The notes under the pieces are model-generated. The model worked only from the letters and a program-made list of their open reading frames with translations, searched no databases and was not told the DNA's origin. A stretch of 64,000 nucleotides of DNA from an uncultured delta proteobacterium (GTDB lineage Bacteria > Myxococcota_A > Polyangia > Polyangiales > Polyangiaceae), in contig CAVOKF010000007.1 of assembly GCA_963696385.1 (NCBI GenBank), forward strand, positions 320,001-384,000. Reading direction: 5' to 3'. A program made the position numbers and the translations under genes. Below are positions 1 to 9,740 of the stretch, in pieces (the stretch's first letter is position 1; the number at the start of each line of letters is the position of its first letter).

Positions 1-608
1 GGCTCGCCGAACGCCAGCGCGTCGACGTACATGCACATTGCGGGGTTGTTGGCGAACACGCCCCCGTCCACGAGGGCGTAGGAGTTATCGCCGACTTGGA
101 GCCGCGCGGGCGGGAAGTACGTCGGAGCCGCGGAGGTGGCACGCGCGATGGCCCACATGGGCGCATCGAACCGCGGCTTCGTGTAGCTCTTGAAGAAGAA
201 GGGCGCGCGCCGCTCGATGTCGTACGCCGTGACAAGAAGCGAACTGCGGGCGTCGGCAAGCACGGCCGCCCCGAAGAATTCGCGAAGGACGCCCTCGATG
301 CCGTTCGGCGAGTATTTGGGCCCGGCGAGGTGATCCATGGTTTCGAGCGCGTGCCAAAAGGATCGGGAAAAGATGGTTTGACCGTTCTTCTCGTAGAGTT
401 CTACGAGGTCGGCCGCGCTGAATTTCGACGTGGCGCCTGCGGGCGCGGTCAATCCGAGCGCGAGGATTCCGCCCGTCGACGTGCCAGCAACGAAATCGAA
501 CAGGTCCGCAATACGCGCCTGGGTGGTCTCCTCGATGTGCTGAAGCACCTTGGCGGGAATGACACCCCGAATCCCTCCCCCATCGATTGACAGAATGGTT
601 CGTGTCAC
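1..608 (-). CDS. Patatin-like phospholipase (3' end runs off the window)
   Basis: Not in the ORF track. Hand translation from GTG at 608 gives VTRTILSIDGGGIRG...FDFVAGTSTGGILAL...YALVDGGVFANNPAM, which contains the glycine loop, the GxSxG nucleophile and the DGG/ANNP patatin motifs. Confidence 0.92.
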   Translation of the reverse strand, partial: MTRTILSIDGGGIRGVIPAKVLQHIEETTQARIADLFDFVAGTSTGGILALGLTAPAGATSKFSAADLVELYEKNGQTIFSRSFWHALETMDHLAGPKYSPNGIEGVLREFFGAAVLADARSSLLVTAYDIERRAPFFFKSYTKPRFDAPMWAIARATSAAPTYFPPARLQVGDNSYALVDGGVFANNPAMCMYVDALAFGE

Positions 609-892
609 AGTTTTGTGCCCCTCTCGCCGCGCCGAAAGGCCCCGGCACAAATCGGATACTCGATGGCGGTCGCGATGTCGATTGCGGTCGGTTTCTGCGC
701 GCTGCGGCAGACAAGGATCCCAGGGTGGTGCGACCGGGGGGAGCTTGTCGTTGGCTTGAACCTAGTACCTCGATTCCGCGGAATGGAAGGGTCGTTTTTC
801 GCGATATTCCCGACGGGATCGGGTGGTCTCACCCCTCCGTTTCATGGAATCGGGGTACTAGGGTGTCGAAGGCGCTTAAGACCTGCCGACGG

Positions 893-1753
893 TCACGGAC
901 ACACGGTTTGGCAAGTCATGTCGGCCGGGCAGCTTCCCTGCCCGCCGACACCATCCGGCGTGCAGGTGGGGCTGCACATGAAAACGCCGCCCGGTTGCGC
1001 TGCGCACGCCTCTCCCGAGGGGCAAGAATTGGGGCATACCGCTCCTTCACAGGACTGAGAAAGGGAGCAGCCGCCATCCGGGCACCGGCATGTGGAGACG
1101 CAAAAATTGGTGCAAGCACAGAAATTGGTTCCGCTGCAAGTGCCCGCGCCATCCCCGCTTTGCGTCGCGCCATCGGTTGCCGCGTCCGCGCTGCCCCCTC
1201 CGTCGACGGTGCCACCGTCCTCGGTGTTAGTGCCCGCGCTATCCCCGCTTTGCGTCGCGCCATCGGTTGCCGCGTCCGCGGCGCCGACTGCGTCGACGGC
1301 CCCACTGTCCTCGATGGTGGTCCCGAACGCGCCACAACCGGCAGGCGGATTGGGACCGAGTCCGCAGAGCGTACACTGGCCACCAAGACAGTGCGCTTCG
1401 CCCGGGAAGGCGCAGGGGCATCCCTCCAAGCTCAGCGACGCGGTCTCAGACTGAAAGCGCCCTGCCGCCGCCGCGTTGACAGGGCTATCGCCGCATGAGC
1501 ATTGGCCGTTGCAGATTTCGCCGGTGCGGACGAGAGCGCAATCCGAGTCGCTTCCACACGAGAGATCGGATGGGGCGACTTCGAAATCGACACACCCAGA
1601 GCCGCCATCGGTCGCGCGGGTCCCCGAGTCTTCTCCGAGCTCTGCCTCGGTCCCATGGAGGGTCCTACCTCGGCATGCCGAAGCGAGCCCAGCCATAAGG
1701 AGGGGCATGACAAGGCGAGCGAAGTGGCGAACGAGGTTCGTGCGGAGGGCCAT
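893..1753 (-). CDS. Cys-rich secreted lipoprotein (hypothetical)
   Basis: 3' part of ORF 893..2728. ATG at 1753 gives MALRTNLVRHF...MAGLASAC (lipobox-like). Two Cys-rich domains are separated by an acidic Gly/Ala/Thr linker. Confidence 0.7.
   Translation of the reverse strand: MALRTNLVRHFARLVMPLLMAGLASACRGRTLHGTEAELGEDSGTRATDGGSGCVDFEVAPSDLSCGSDSDCALVRTGEICNGQCSCGDSPVNAAAAGRFQSETASLSLEGCPCAFPGEAHCLGGQCTLCGLGPNPPAGCGAFGTTIEDSGAVDAVGAADAATDGATQSGDSAGTNTEDGGTVDGGGSADAATDGATQSGDGAGTCSGTNFCACTNFCVSTCRCPDGGCSLSQSCEGAVCPNSCPSGEACAAQPGGVFMCSPTCTPDGVGGQGSCPADMTCQTVCP
1141..1280. repeat. Intragenic direct repeat, about 50 bp x2, 90 bp period
   Basis: tgcccgcgc(c/t)atccccgctttgcgtcgcgccatcggttgccgcgtccgcg at 1141 and 1231; encodes ADAATDGATQSGD twice. 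Confidence 0.9.
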
Positions 1754-2135
1754 AAATAAGAGCGCCAACGCAAGATCGGCGCCACAACAGGGCGCGGAGA
1801 AACGCGCGGCGGGTGCGCGATGGGGCCGAGAACGTTCGGATGGATTCCGCTCTCTAATCCCGGGCGCAACCGCAAAAGCTGCGTCCGAGCGCCGGGCGTC
1901 CATCGTTCGGCCGCGTCGCCGCCCAACGGCCGAGCCATGGGTTTCGCGGGGGGGCGAAGGGCTCAGCTGGCAAAGGCTGGAGCACGCGATGAATGCGCGC
2001 GGGCACCGTGATCGCGGGACCAACCGACGGATAGTCGGGTCGATCCCATGGCGGCGGGATCCGGGAGTTCGCCGGCTGCTCACTTTGGCACGCCAGCCCG
2101 TCGTCGAATGCGCTCGATGCGGGCCAAAAACGACT

Positions 2136-2151
2136 TGGCAGGGTCCGTGCA
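2136..2151 (+). promoter_or_regulatory. Candidate sigma-54 (-24/-12) promoter
   Basis: TGGCAGGGTCCGTGCA has correct GG-N10-GC spacing and lies about 80 bp upstream of the ATG at 2234. Confidence 0.45.
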
Positions 2152-2233
2152 TTGAGGCTCCCTGTGGCCGCGAGGTGGCTCGGACGCGATTCGCGACCGA
2201 TCCGCACCCCAGCAAGCCACCGGAGAACGTCCC

Positions 2234-3454
2234 ATGGTCATCCCCCGTTTGGCTCGCGCTCATCGGTTTCATTCGCTCCGGTTGCCGGTCGCCACGTGGA
2301 TGGCCGTGGGCGCATTCGTCATCCCCGCCGCCGTGCGCGCCGACGCTCCCACATGCTCCAAGGACAGCGACTGTTCGAAGGGGTTCACCTGCCAAGTCTC
2401 CGGCATCTCCGCGTGCCCCGGGCCGCCCGCCTGCGCTCCGGGCGAGGTGTGTTCGACCCCGGCCCAGACCTGCACCCCGCAAACGACCTCGTCGTGCCAA
2501 CCCGGCCCCTGCACGACCGACAGCGACTGTGCGACCGGAATGGTGTGCTACGCCGACACGTACCAAACGTGCTCGGGCTCCGGCGGAGCGGCCCTTTGTG
2601 CCAAAGGGGACGAGTGTCCGCCTCCCCCTGCCCCCACCCCCCCCACGTGCACGACCACGACCGGCCCGAGTAGCTGCGTGCCGAAGTACGAGCTGCCGTG
2701 CACCGTCGACTCCGACTGCGGCGATCACTTCACGTGCGTCCCGGACACCGTGTCCGTCTGCTCGGGCGGCGGAAGCGCCGGCAGCGCCGGCGGGGTCACG
2801 GCCGTCGGAGGTGGCTCCGGCACCGGATCGAGCAGCAGCGGCGAATCGACCACGGTAGCCGTGCCGCCCGCGGCCCCGAGCCTTCCTGACATCCCGGCCG
2901 ATGCGGCGGCGCCTCCGCCGATCGCCGAAGACGCGGGGGTCTCGTGCACCACGACCACGTCGTCGACGTCGAGCTGCCAGGCCGACACCATCGTGTGCAC
3001 CGCCGACAGCGACTGTCCCGCCACATGGACGTGCGAGAGCCAGTCCGTGCCTGTCTCGAACATCGCGTGCGCCGAGCCGGTGATGCTCGTCGACGGGTCA
3101 CCCGTTATCTTGCCGTGCATCGTGGACGCCGGCCCGACGCCTGCGTCGCCGCAAGTGTGTGTCCCGCCGTACAGCACGGGCGTGAACGCAGCCTTGTCCG
3201 GGGTCGAGAGCGCTCCCGGCGCCGTCAGCGAGGCCCCTTCCGGAGCCGGCGCTGGATCGTCCAACAATGCGGGAGTCGCTCCGACGGTTGCCAATGCCGC
3301 GACGGCGGGCTCGTCCGATAAGTCCCAAGACGGGACCGGCGGAGGCGGTTGTCAGATGGGCGCCTCTCCGGCCGGCGCCCCATCCGGCGTATGGCTGGGG
3401 CTGATCGCTTGCCTTGGCTTTGCGTTTCGCAGGCGCACTCGCCAGTCCGCGTGA
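2234..3454 (+). CDS. Cys-rich surface protein with MYXO-CTERM-type sorting signal
   Basis: Signal peptide (..AAVRA/D) and repeated CxxDSDC modules. The C-terminus GGGGCQMG...WLGLIACLGFAFRRRTRQSA has the Cys motif, TM helix and Arg cluster. Confidence 0.8.
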   Translation: MVIPRLARAHRFHSLRLPVATWMAVGAFVIPAAVRADAPTCSKDSDCSKGFTCQVSGISACPGPPACAPGEVCSTPAQTCTPQTTSSCQPGPCTTDSDCATGMVCYADTYQTCSGSGGAALCAKGDECPPPPAPTPPTCTTTTGPSSCVPKYELPCTVDSDCGDHFTCVPDTVSVCSGGGSAGSAGGVTAVGGGSGTGSSSSGESTTVAVPPAAPSLPDIPADAAAPPPIAEDAGVSCTTTTSSTSSCQADTIVCTADSDCPATWTCESQSVPVSNIACAEPVMLVDGSPVILPCIVDAGPTPASPQVCVPPYSTGVNAALSGVESAPGAVSEAPSGAGAGSSNNAGVAPTVANAATAGSSDKSQDGTGGGGCQMGASPAGAPSGVWLGLIACLGFAFRRRTRQSA

Positions 3455-3534
3455 CCGTGCGCGGAGACGGGCGCCGGCTTTCTCGCGAGGAACTCCTTGA
3501 TGCGTCGACCCCGGTCAGGTCGCCGTTCGGAGCG

Positions 3535-4231
3535 TTACCCGGGCCACCGCGCGATCCCTTGGGTACCCTGCGCCCGATCGTGAATCGCATCGACGGCGTA
3601 GCGGGCGGAATCCCGTAGCTCTTCGTCGATCATCGATTGCGGAGCCGGCAGGCCCGGCTTGAGCAAAATGTCGAATTTCAGTACCGTCCACCGGTCATCG
3701 AGTGCGCGGATCGTCCAAACGACGTCCATGTCTTCGACGTTGCCTTTGCCGGGGATCATTCGGCCCTCCAGGACCTGGACCCCCGGCGAGACGGTGCGGG
3801 CGGGCGCAAACCGAGCGACGTCCCAAAGAGCAATGACTCCGTGAAGCACGGAGATTTGGATGTAGACATCCGTGGATTCGATCCGGCTCGTAGCCAACCA
3901 CGCGTGACGACTTGAAGCGCGTCGGCGAGATGTCGCGATAGTGCGAAAAATCGGTCACGTGGGCGCGCACGACGTCGAGCGGGGCGTGAATCAGCGTTTC
4001 GGCGTGCCCATACCGGTCTGCATGGCCAGGCGGCGTCCAATTCCAGTGCAGCGAGTGACCGGCGGCGGCAATGCGAGAGGCTTCCGGGTCGAGTACATCG
4101 GCGCGCGCCGGGGACTGGGCACTCCCGAGACCCAAGGCAACGGTGAGGGCCATGAAGGAAACGGCCCGCCCGAGCCCAACTCGGCGCGGAACCAGCGCGT
4201 GGCCCCGTCGTGTGCTGAACGCCGCACTCAT
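3535..4231 (-). pseudogene. Exported SRPBCC/START-fold (polyketide cyclase-like) protein, frameshifted near 3875-3882
   Basis: The N-half (signal peptide, AETLIHAPLDVVRAHVTDFSHY) is in ORF 3695..4255 and the C-half (STDVYIQISVL...ELRDSA) is in ORF 3535..3897. One extra base in GAT-CGAA-TCC separates the frames. May be a sequencing error. Confidence 0.65.
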
Positions 4232-4300
4232 GTCCCTTCGGGTGTGTCCTAGCACGACACATACCGCAGGTCAGCAACGACCTCACGCTCGCAAATCCGG

Positions 4301-7210
4301 CTAACCGTGGCGCTGGCGAAAGCGGCCCTCCGTGATCCACCAGTCGCGGTACCTTTGTTGCGCACGCTCACGGTCGCGCGCGGGCAAGTCGCTCGCGTAG
4401 CCGAAATATTGACGGCTGAGCGCACGCAACTCTTCCCCCGCGGCCCGTCGCAATTCCGACACGTCGTGGGTCAGGGAGTCGATCAGCCACTCCAAGCGAT
4501 GGCGAGCGCTATTCTGTTCCCACCACTTGTTCCAAGGTCGCCATTCGGTGCCGTAGTCTTGGCGTGTCACGAGGACCAGACTGACGTAGGCCGCGGCCGC
4601 AACTTGCGGGGCGTCATCGCGCAAACCGAGGATGAGATCGGGCACAACCCACGCATCGCGTACGGAGCCGAACGCGCGCATCGCTGCCTCGCGCTCTTGC
4701 CACTCGGATGAACCGCTGAGCGTCCTCAGCGGCCCCATCGCGCGCTCGGGGGACGCTCGAGCGATGGCGGCGATGGCACGGCCTGCGCTCACGCGCGTGC
4801 TCGTGTCGTCGTCGCGCAGGCGTTCCAACAGCGGCACGAGCGCCTCGACGTACGGCAGCTCGGCGAGCAGATACGTGGCCCATCCGCGCGCTTCGGGGTC
4901 CGGATCGGCAAGCCGCGCGAGGACAAAAGGGAGCGCGACCTTGCGTTCGCGCGCGACGAGACGAAGCACCGGTCCACACTCGCTCGCGCGCGGCGGATGC
5001 GTGCTCGAAGCCAAGCGGGCGCGCTCGAACGTTACCGGCCCAGGAAAACGGTCCATCAGAACCGTCATGGCGCGCACGCCTTGCCGGAGCAGCTCCCCCT
5101 CGGCCTGGTCGTCCGTCTCCCCGCGGATGAGACGGTCCACGATGGCGGCGAGCTCGCGCTGGATATCGATGATGACACTCGGAAGGGCGCTCTCGACGAC
5201 CGTTCGCGCGATCGCCGGGCGATGGGGAGGCACGACGACGCCCGAGCCAACGGACGTACCGGCGGCGAGGCCGTGGGCGCTTCGGACGGACTGCGCGCCC
5301 TTCGCGGCCGACGCATCGGCGCTCTCACCAGGGACCGTGCCGTCGGAGTGGACCCTGCCTGCTTCGCGGGGGACTCCCGCGGAGAACCGCGAATCCATCG
5401 GCGGGAAATCGGGCTCTTCACGGGGAATCGGGGGACCGCCGACAGGCCGGACGGACGCGATGTTCACGGCGGGCGGAGGCGCCGAGGATGGCGCAAAGGA
5501 GGCCCGATTGGCGCGGCCCCTGACAGAATCCGGTGCGGCAGCGCCCGGGGCGGTCGACGTCGGCGCGGTCGATCCCTCCGCCAACGCGGCCTCAGGGCCC
5601 GGCGACGGCACGGCCGCCGGGATCCGTCCGAGGAGCGGCTCGAGCGCGAGCGGCGGAGCGGCCGACGGGATCCGCCCGCGGGTCGGATCGAGCGACGACT
5701 CGGGCCACGGGATGCCTCCGAGGGGCGGATCCGACGGCCACGGCGACTCGAGGGGTGACGGGACCACCGCGAGCGTTGCAGGCGACGGCGACGACGATGC
5801 GAGGGATGCGGGTTCCTTCGCGATGACGGCCGCAGCCGGCGCGCGTCCTTCGCCGCCAGGCTCCCCGCTTGCGCGACTGCCGGCGACAAAGCCCTCCAGC
5901 TTGCGTCGAACGATGAGGCGCTCGAAACCCTTCCCGACGACTCGTGCGTAGGCAAAGACCTGTTGGATGGCGTCGCGATCGATGCCCGCATCGGCACAAT
6001 CGCCCACCAGCAGCGCGACGGCCCGAGTGCGCACAACCAGCGGCACGACGGCGATTTCGGCGTCGCGCGGACGTTGCAGGTCACCCAGCAGCACGGCGTC
6101 GAGCCCATCGCCCTCCGCTCGCGCGACGACCGGCGCGCGCGTGTCGCGTGCGCTCGCTAGGAAGCTCGGCAGATCCAGGGGGACGCCGATGCCCAACACG
6201 CGTTCGCGCAACGCTCCGGCGCCGAAGGCGTCGCGCCCCTCCGCAATGTCGGCCTGGATGAGGAACAGCGCGGCGTAGTCGAAGAACTGGCGCGAGAAGT
6301 CGAAGAAGAGGTCGATCAGGGTGTCGCGGTCATCGGCTTCCTCGGCTTCGCGTCGCGCACCGTCGAGTGTCAGGGGACCGCGTCGGCGACGGCTGATGCG
6401 CATGTTCGGGGTGACATTGCGCTGGAGCAAATCGTGGCGCTCAGCACCGACTCGCGCCGGAATAGGCGTCGTTGCGGCCGGAACCGAAAGGGCCGGACGC
6501 GAAGCCACCGCGGGGGGCAAAGGGCTTGGGGTGGGCTGCCCCCCCGGGAAGCTGGTCCAGGTCAAACGGCGCTGGGGCTTGAAACGCCGGGCCGCAATCC
6601 TCCCACCTTGTGCGACCGCGCCCACGGTGGGTGGGCCGCCACGCCGCTGCGACGGGGGAGCGGACGCAAGCCCGGCCGAAAGGGACGCCGGCGGGGCCGG
6701 CGTCCTCGCGACGACCGGGGGCAACGACCCGGTTCTCGCGGCTTCGCCGGAGAGGCGCCCGAGGAGGCGCTGCATGCGCCGGTCCAGCTCTACCCCGTAC
6801 GTTCGCGCGATCGCCTCCCAAACCCGAACGGCCGGAGCCGCGAGCTGTTCGACGGACATCGCCAGCGAACCCACCAGCCGCTGATGCATTTCCTCGCTGA
6901 GAGGCTCCGCCACGGCCAGAAACAGATGCCCCCCTTCGACTTCAAGCGGCACCAACACGCACTGGACGGCAAGATCGGCCGGGATGAGCGCACGGGCAGA
7001 ATCGCTCGGCAGGGGCAGTTCGCCGTACGCGGCCGGCGTGAGCTGCATCGACTCCGCGAGCAGCGGTGTCAGGACGGCCTCATCGACCCGGGCGACCTCG
7101 AGCAGATTCGTGACGAGGTCCCCGCCGTAAATGACCTGGCGCGCAAGCGCCTCTTCGACCTGGCGCATGGTCGCGACATCGCGTTGGACGATCAGTGAGC
7201 TCAGCGGCAT
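4301..7210 (-). CDS. FrgA-like protein: MshEN/GSPII-N domain, GAF-like region, Pro-rich linker, HEAT repeats
   Basis: N-terminal LSSLIVQRDVATMRQVEEALARQVIYGGDLVTNLLE resembles MshEN. VVPLVVRTRAVALLVGD is GAF-like. The C-terminus has HEAT/PBS repeats. Confidence 0.7.
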   Translation of the reverse strand: MPLSSLIVQRDVATMRQVEEALARQVIYGGDLVTNLLEVARVDEAVLTPLLAESMQLTPAAYGELPLPSDSARALIPADLAVQCVLVPLEVEGGHLFLAVAEPLSEEMHQRLVGSLAMSVEQLAAPAVRVWEAIARTYGVELDRRMQRLLGRLSGEAARTGSLPPVVARTPAPPASLSAGLASAPPSQRRGGPPTVGAVAQGGRIAARRFKPQRRLTWTSFPGGQPTPSPLPPAVASRPALSVPAATTPIPARVGAERHDLLQRNVTPNMRISRRRRGPLTLDGARREAEEADDRDTLIDLFFDFSRQFFDYAALFLIQADIAEGRDAFGAGALRERVLGIGVPLDLPSFLASARDTRAPVVARAEGDGLDAVLLGDLQRPRDAEIAVVPLVVRTRAVALLVGDCADAGIDRDAIQQVFAYARVVGKGFERLIVRRKLEGFVAGSRASGEPGGEGRAPAAAVIAKEPASLASSSPSPATLAVVPSPLESPWPSDPPLGGIPWPESSLDPTRGRIPSAAPPLALEPLLGRIPAAVPSPGPEAALAEGSTAPTSTAPGAAAPDSVRGRANRASFAPSSAPPPAVNIASVRPVGGPPIPREEPDFPPMDSRFSAGVPREAGRVHSDGTVPGESADASAAKGAQSVRSAHGLAAGTSVGSGVVVPPHRPAIARTVVESALPSVIIDIQRELAAIVDRLIRGETDDQAEGELLRQGVRAMTVLMDRFPGPVTFERARLASSTHPPRASECGPVLRLVARERKVALPFVLARLADPDPEARGWATYLLAELPYVEALVPLLERLRDDDTSTRVSAGRAIAAIARASPERAMGPLRTLSGSSEWQEREAAMRAFGSVRDAWVVPDLILGLRDDAPQVAAAAYVSLVLVTRQDYGTEWRPWNKWWEQNSARHRLEWLIDSLTHDVSELRRAAGEELRALSRQYFGYASDLPARDRERAQQRYRDWWITEGRFRQRHG

Positions 7211-7267
7211 GGCTCTGCGTGTATCGTTTCGGAAGGCTACAAGGTCCTGGCGAGACGCTCCAGAGAA

Positions 7268-8598
7268 CTACCGGCGGAGCGAAAAAGCAGGAGCGCTTTC
7301 GTAACTCTCGGCCAAGACCTCCAGCAGGCCGGGCACCGTGAATTGCCGCGCGGTCACGTCGACCCGAAGGCCGCGCGCCTGGGCCGTCGCCGTCGTCACA
7401 GGACCGATGCTCGCGACCCGAGTGCCCCCGAGGAGCGGGACTGCCTTCGGCCCGAGCAAGTCACAAAGGTTGTCGACCGTACTGCTCGAGGTCAAGGTGA
7501 CGGCATCGACACGGTCGAGCTCCAGCGCGCGGACGAGCGCGTCCGCCGTCTCCCGTGAGGGCAGGATCGTCTCGTAGGCCGCGACCACCTCGACCTTGCA
7601 CCCCGCCGCGCGCAGTGTCTCGGGCAAGACGTCTCTCGCGCGCGCGGCACGCGCCAGGAGCACGGTCGGAGAAGGCGGGCCGGTGCGAATGGCCGTGAGC
7701 ATCTCCTGAGCAAGGCCCTCGCCCCGGAACTCTCGAGCCACGACGTCGGCGCGCAATCCGTGCGCCTCAAGAGCGCGCGCCGTTGCGGGGCCAATGGCGG
7801 CCAACCGCGCCCCGCCAAGATCCGTGCGTCGGCCCCGATCGAGAGCAGAGCGTCCCAGGTCCGCTCGACGCCGTTGGCGCTCGTGAACGCCACCCACGCA
7901 TAGACTCCCTTCATGAGCTCGTGCAAGGCGCGGTTCAGCGGCTGAGGATCCCTCGGCGCGCGGATCTCGATGGTGGGCACCACGACGGGCTCTGCCCCGC
8001 GGTCGCGCAAGAGAGTCGCGGCGCTCTCGGCCTGAGAGTGCGCGCGCGTCACCAGCACGCGCTTTCCAAACAGAGGCCGCCGCTCGAACCAGGTCAGCAA
8101 GGGATCCGGCGCACCCAGGACGAGAACGAGCCCGTCGTCTCCGAGCGCAAGTGCCGCGTCCGCGGCCTTCGCGGCCGTCGTCACCACGACGCGCTGCCTC
8201 GGCGAACCGGGCCGCGCCACGAGGGTCACGACCCGGTCGGCGGCTTCCTTCGTCAAAGCGTCTCCGACCCCCGCGGCGTGAACCCACCTGGCGCTACCCA
8301 CGGTCCCGGCGAAGGCCGCGGCGATGGCTTGCGCGCCGAGGCCCGGCACGACCTCGATCGGAATGCCCGCACGGGCGACCGCCAGAGCCTCGGCCCATAC
8401 GCGCGGGGATTCGAGCGGGTCGCCGGCGACCGCACGCACGACGCGCTGTCCAGCCCGGGCGCGCTCGACGAGCGCATCGGGGGCCGCGTCGTCGCCGTCG
8501 ATGACCGCATCGGCGTCGGCGATCCGTGCCGCCGCACGCTCGGTTCGCAGCGTGGAATCGCCGGGACCCAGTCCCACGAACGAGACGATGCCGCGCAC
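7268..8598 (-). CDS. hemD: Uroporphyrinogen-III methyltransferase-like / uroporphyrinogen-III synthase fusion, with a 1-nt frameshift near 7815-7820
   Basis: VSFVGLGPGD...VVPG (SUMT-like), then WFERRPLFGKRVLVTRA...FTSANGV in ORF 7492..8646. It continues as AAIGPATA...AYET...TSSSTV...SIGPVT in ORF 7268..8287. hemB is nearby. Confidence 0.85.
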
Positions 8599-8600
8599 GG

Positions 8601-9674
8601 TTATCGTGGAAACGTCACGCCTTGGGGCAAGGTCTGAGGCGCGCAAGTCGATACCCCCGCGCCAACAATCAAGCCGACTGCGGCCGGAACGTCACCGACC
8701 GTCGTGACGGTGCCGTCGCTCGGGCTGTAGCGCTGGACGACGCTCGGGGAATTATTCGGAGGCGGCGCCGTGAACGTGTAAAAATCGCCTCCCCAAAAGG
8801 CGAAGGCCCACGCAATGCCTTGGTCGACCGTGGGCAGAGGCGACGCCCGCACGACTTGTGCCGTCGCGGGATCGATTTGCGCGATGACGGAGGTCCCCTC
8901 ATCGCCGCCGTCGGCCGCGTAGCGCTCTGCAAACGCGAATAGCCCGCCCGCGCCCGTGCCCGTCAACTCCGGCTTGACGAGCGGCGGCTCGAATGCACCG
9001 ATGACCGTCAGCACCAGCGAGGTCGTGTCAATGGACGCGAGGACCGAGTCCGCATCCGTCATCGCGTCGCCCGCGACATAGAGGGTCTCGCCCGTCCCCT
9101 GAGCGTTCTGCGCAAAGCCCATACCGAACTCCGCCGGAAAGCCCTGCTGCTGAGACACGAACCCGGTAGGCTCGCAGTTGGCGTTCGCGGTACTGACGCG
9201 AAAGAGCTCGCCGTCCTCGTAGAGGACGTACGCAATCCCGGTCTGGTCGACCGCCATCGAAAAGGGCTGGGACGCGCTGGGGCAGTTCACCTGACCGATG
9301 GGCGTCAAGGCCCCTGACGGGGGGTCGTAGCTCAGAAGCACATAGCCCTCGCTGATGAGATAGATGAGCGTCGAGCCCCCGTCGGCGCAAGCGGACGGCG
9401 GCGGCGCGGCGGGCGGCACGCTGACCGGCGGCAACGCGTCGAGGCTGACGCTTGCGTCCTGGGGCTCGGACGGTGGGGAGGATCCGGCCTCGGACGGGAG
9501 GCTCGCGGCCGAACTGGACGCCGCTCCGGTCGAGACCGAGCTCGACGTTTCACTTGCCGCAGAAAGCGTGGACCCCGACGCCAGATCGTCGGGGACGAGC
9601 AGGCCGCTGCGATCGCCGCAGCCGGACAGCCCGCCCAGCCAAGCAAGCATCGCTAGCCAACGGCTCGTACGCAT
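8601..9674 (-). CDS. Lipoprotein, probable beta-propeller (hypothetical)
   Basis: ATG at 9674 gives MRTSRWLAMLAWLGGLSGC (lipobox), a Ser/Pro linker and beta-rich repeats (MAVDQTG..., AFAFWGGDFYTFT, IVGAGVSTCAP). Confidence 0.75.
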   Translation of the reverse strand: MRTSRWLAMLAWLGGLSGCGDRSGLLVPDDLASGSTLSAASETSSSVSTGAASSSAASLPSEAGSSPPSEPQDASVSLDALPPVSVPPAAPPPSACADGGSTLIYLISEGYVLLSYDPPSGALTPIGQVNCPSASQPFSMAVDQTGIAYVLYEDGELFRVSTANANCEPTGFVSQQQGFPAEFGMGFAQNAQGTGETLYVAGDAMTDADSVLASIDTTSLVLTVIGAFEPPLVKPELTGTGAGGLFAFAERYAADGGDEGTSVIAQIDPATAQVVRASPLPTVDQGIAWAFAFWGGDFYTFTAPPPNNSPSVVQRYSPSDGTVTTVGDVPAAVGLIVGAGVSTCAPQTLPQGVTFPR

Positions 9675-9740
9675 CACGCTACCATGACCCGGAGCGGCGA
9701 GCCGGACAAGGGGCCCGCATGCTATCGGGGAACCGTTATC

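Noticed and set aside
1..608. Patatin as a CBASS CapV effector
   Set aside because: No CD-NTase or other CBASS gene is visible upstream; downstream context is outside the window, so the idea is unsupported.
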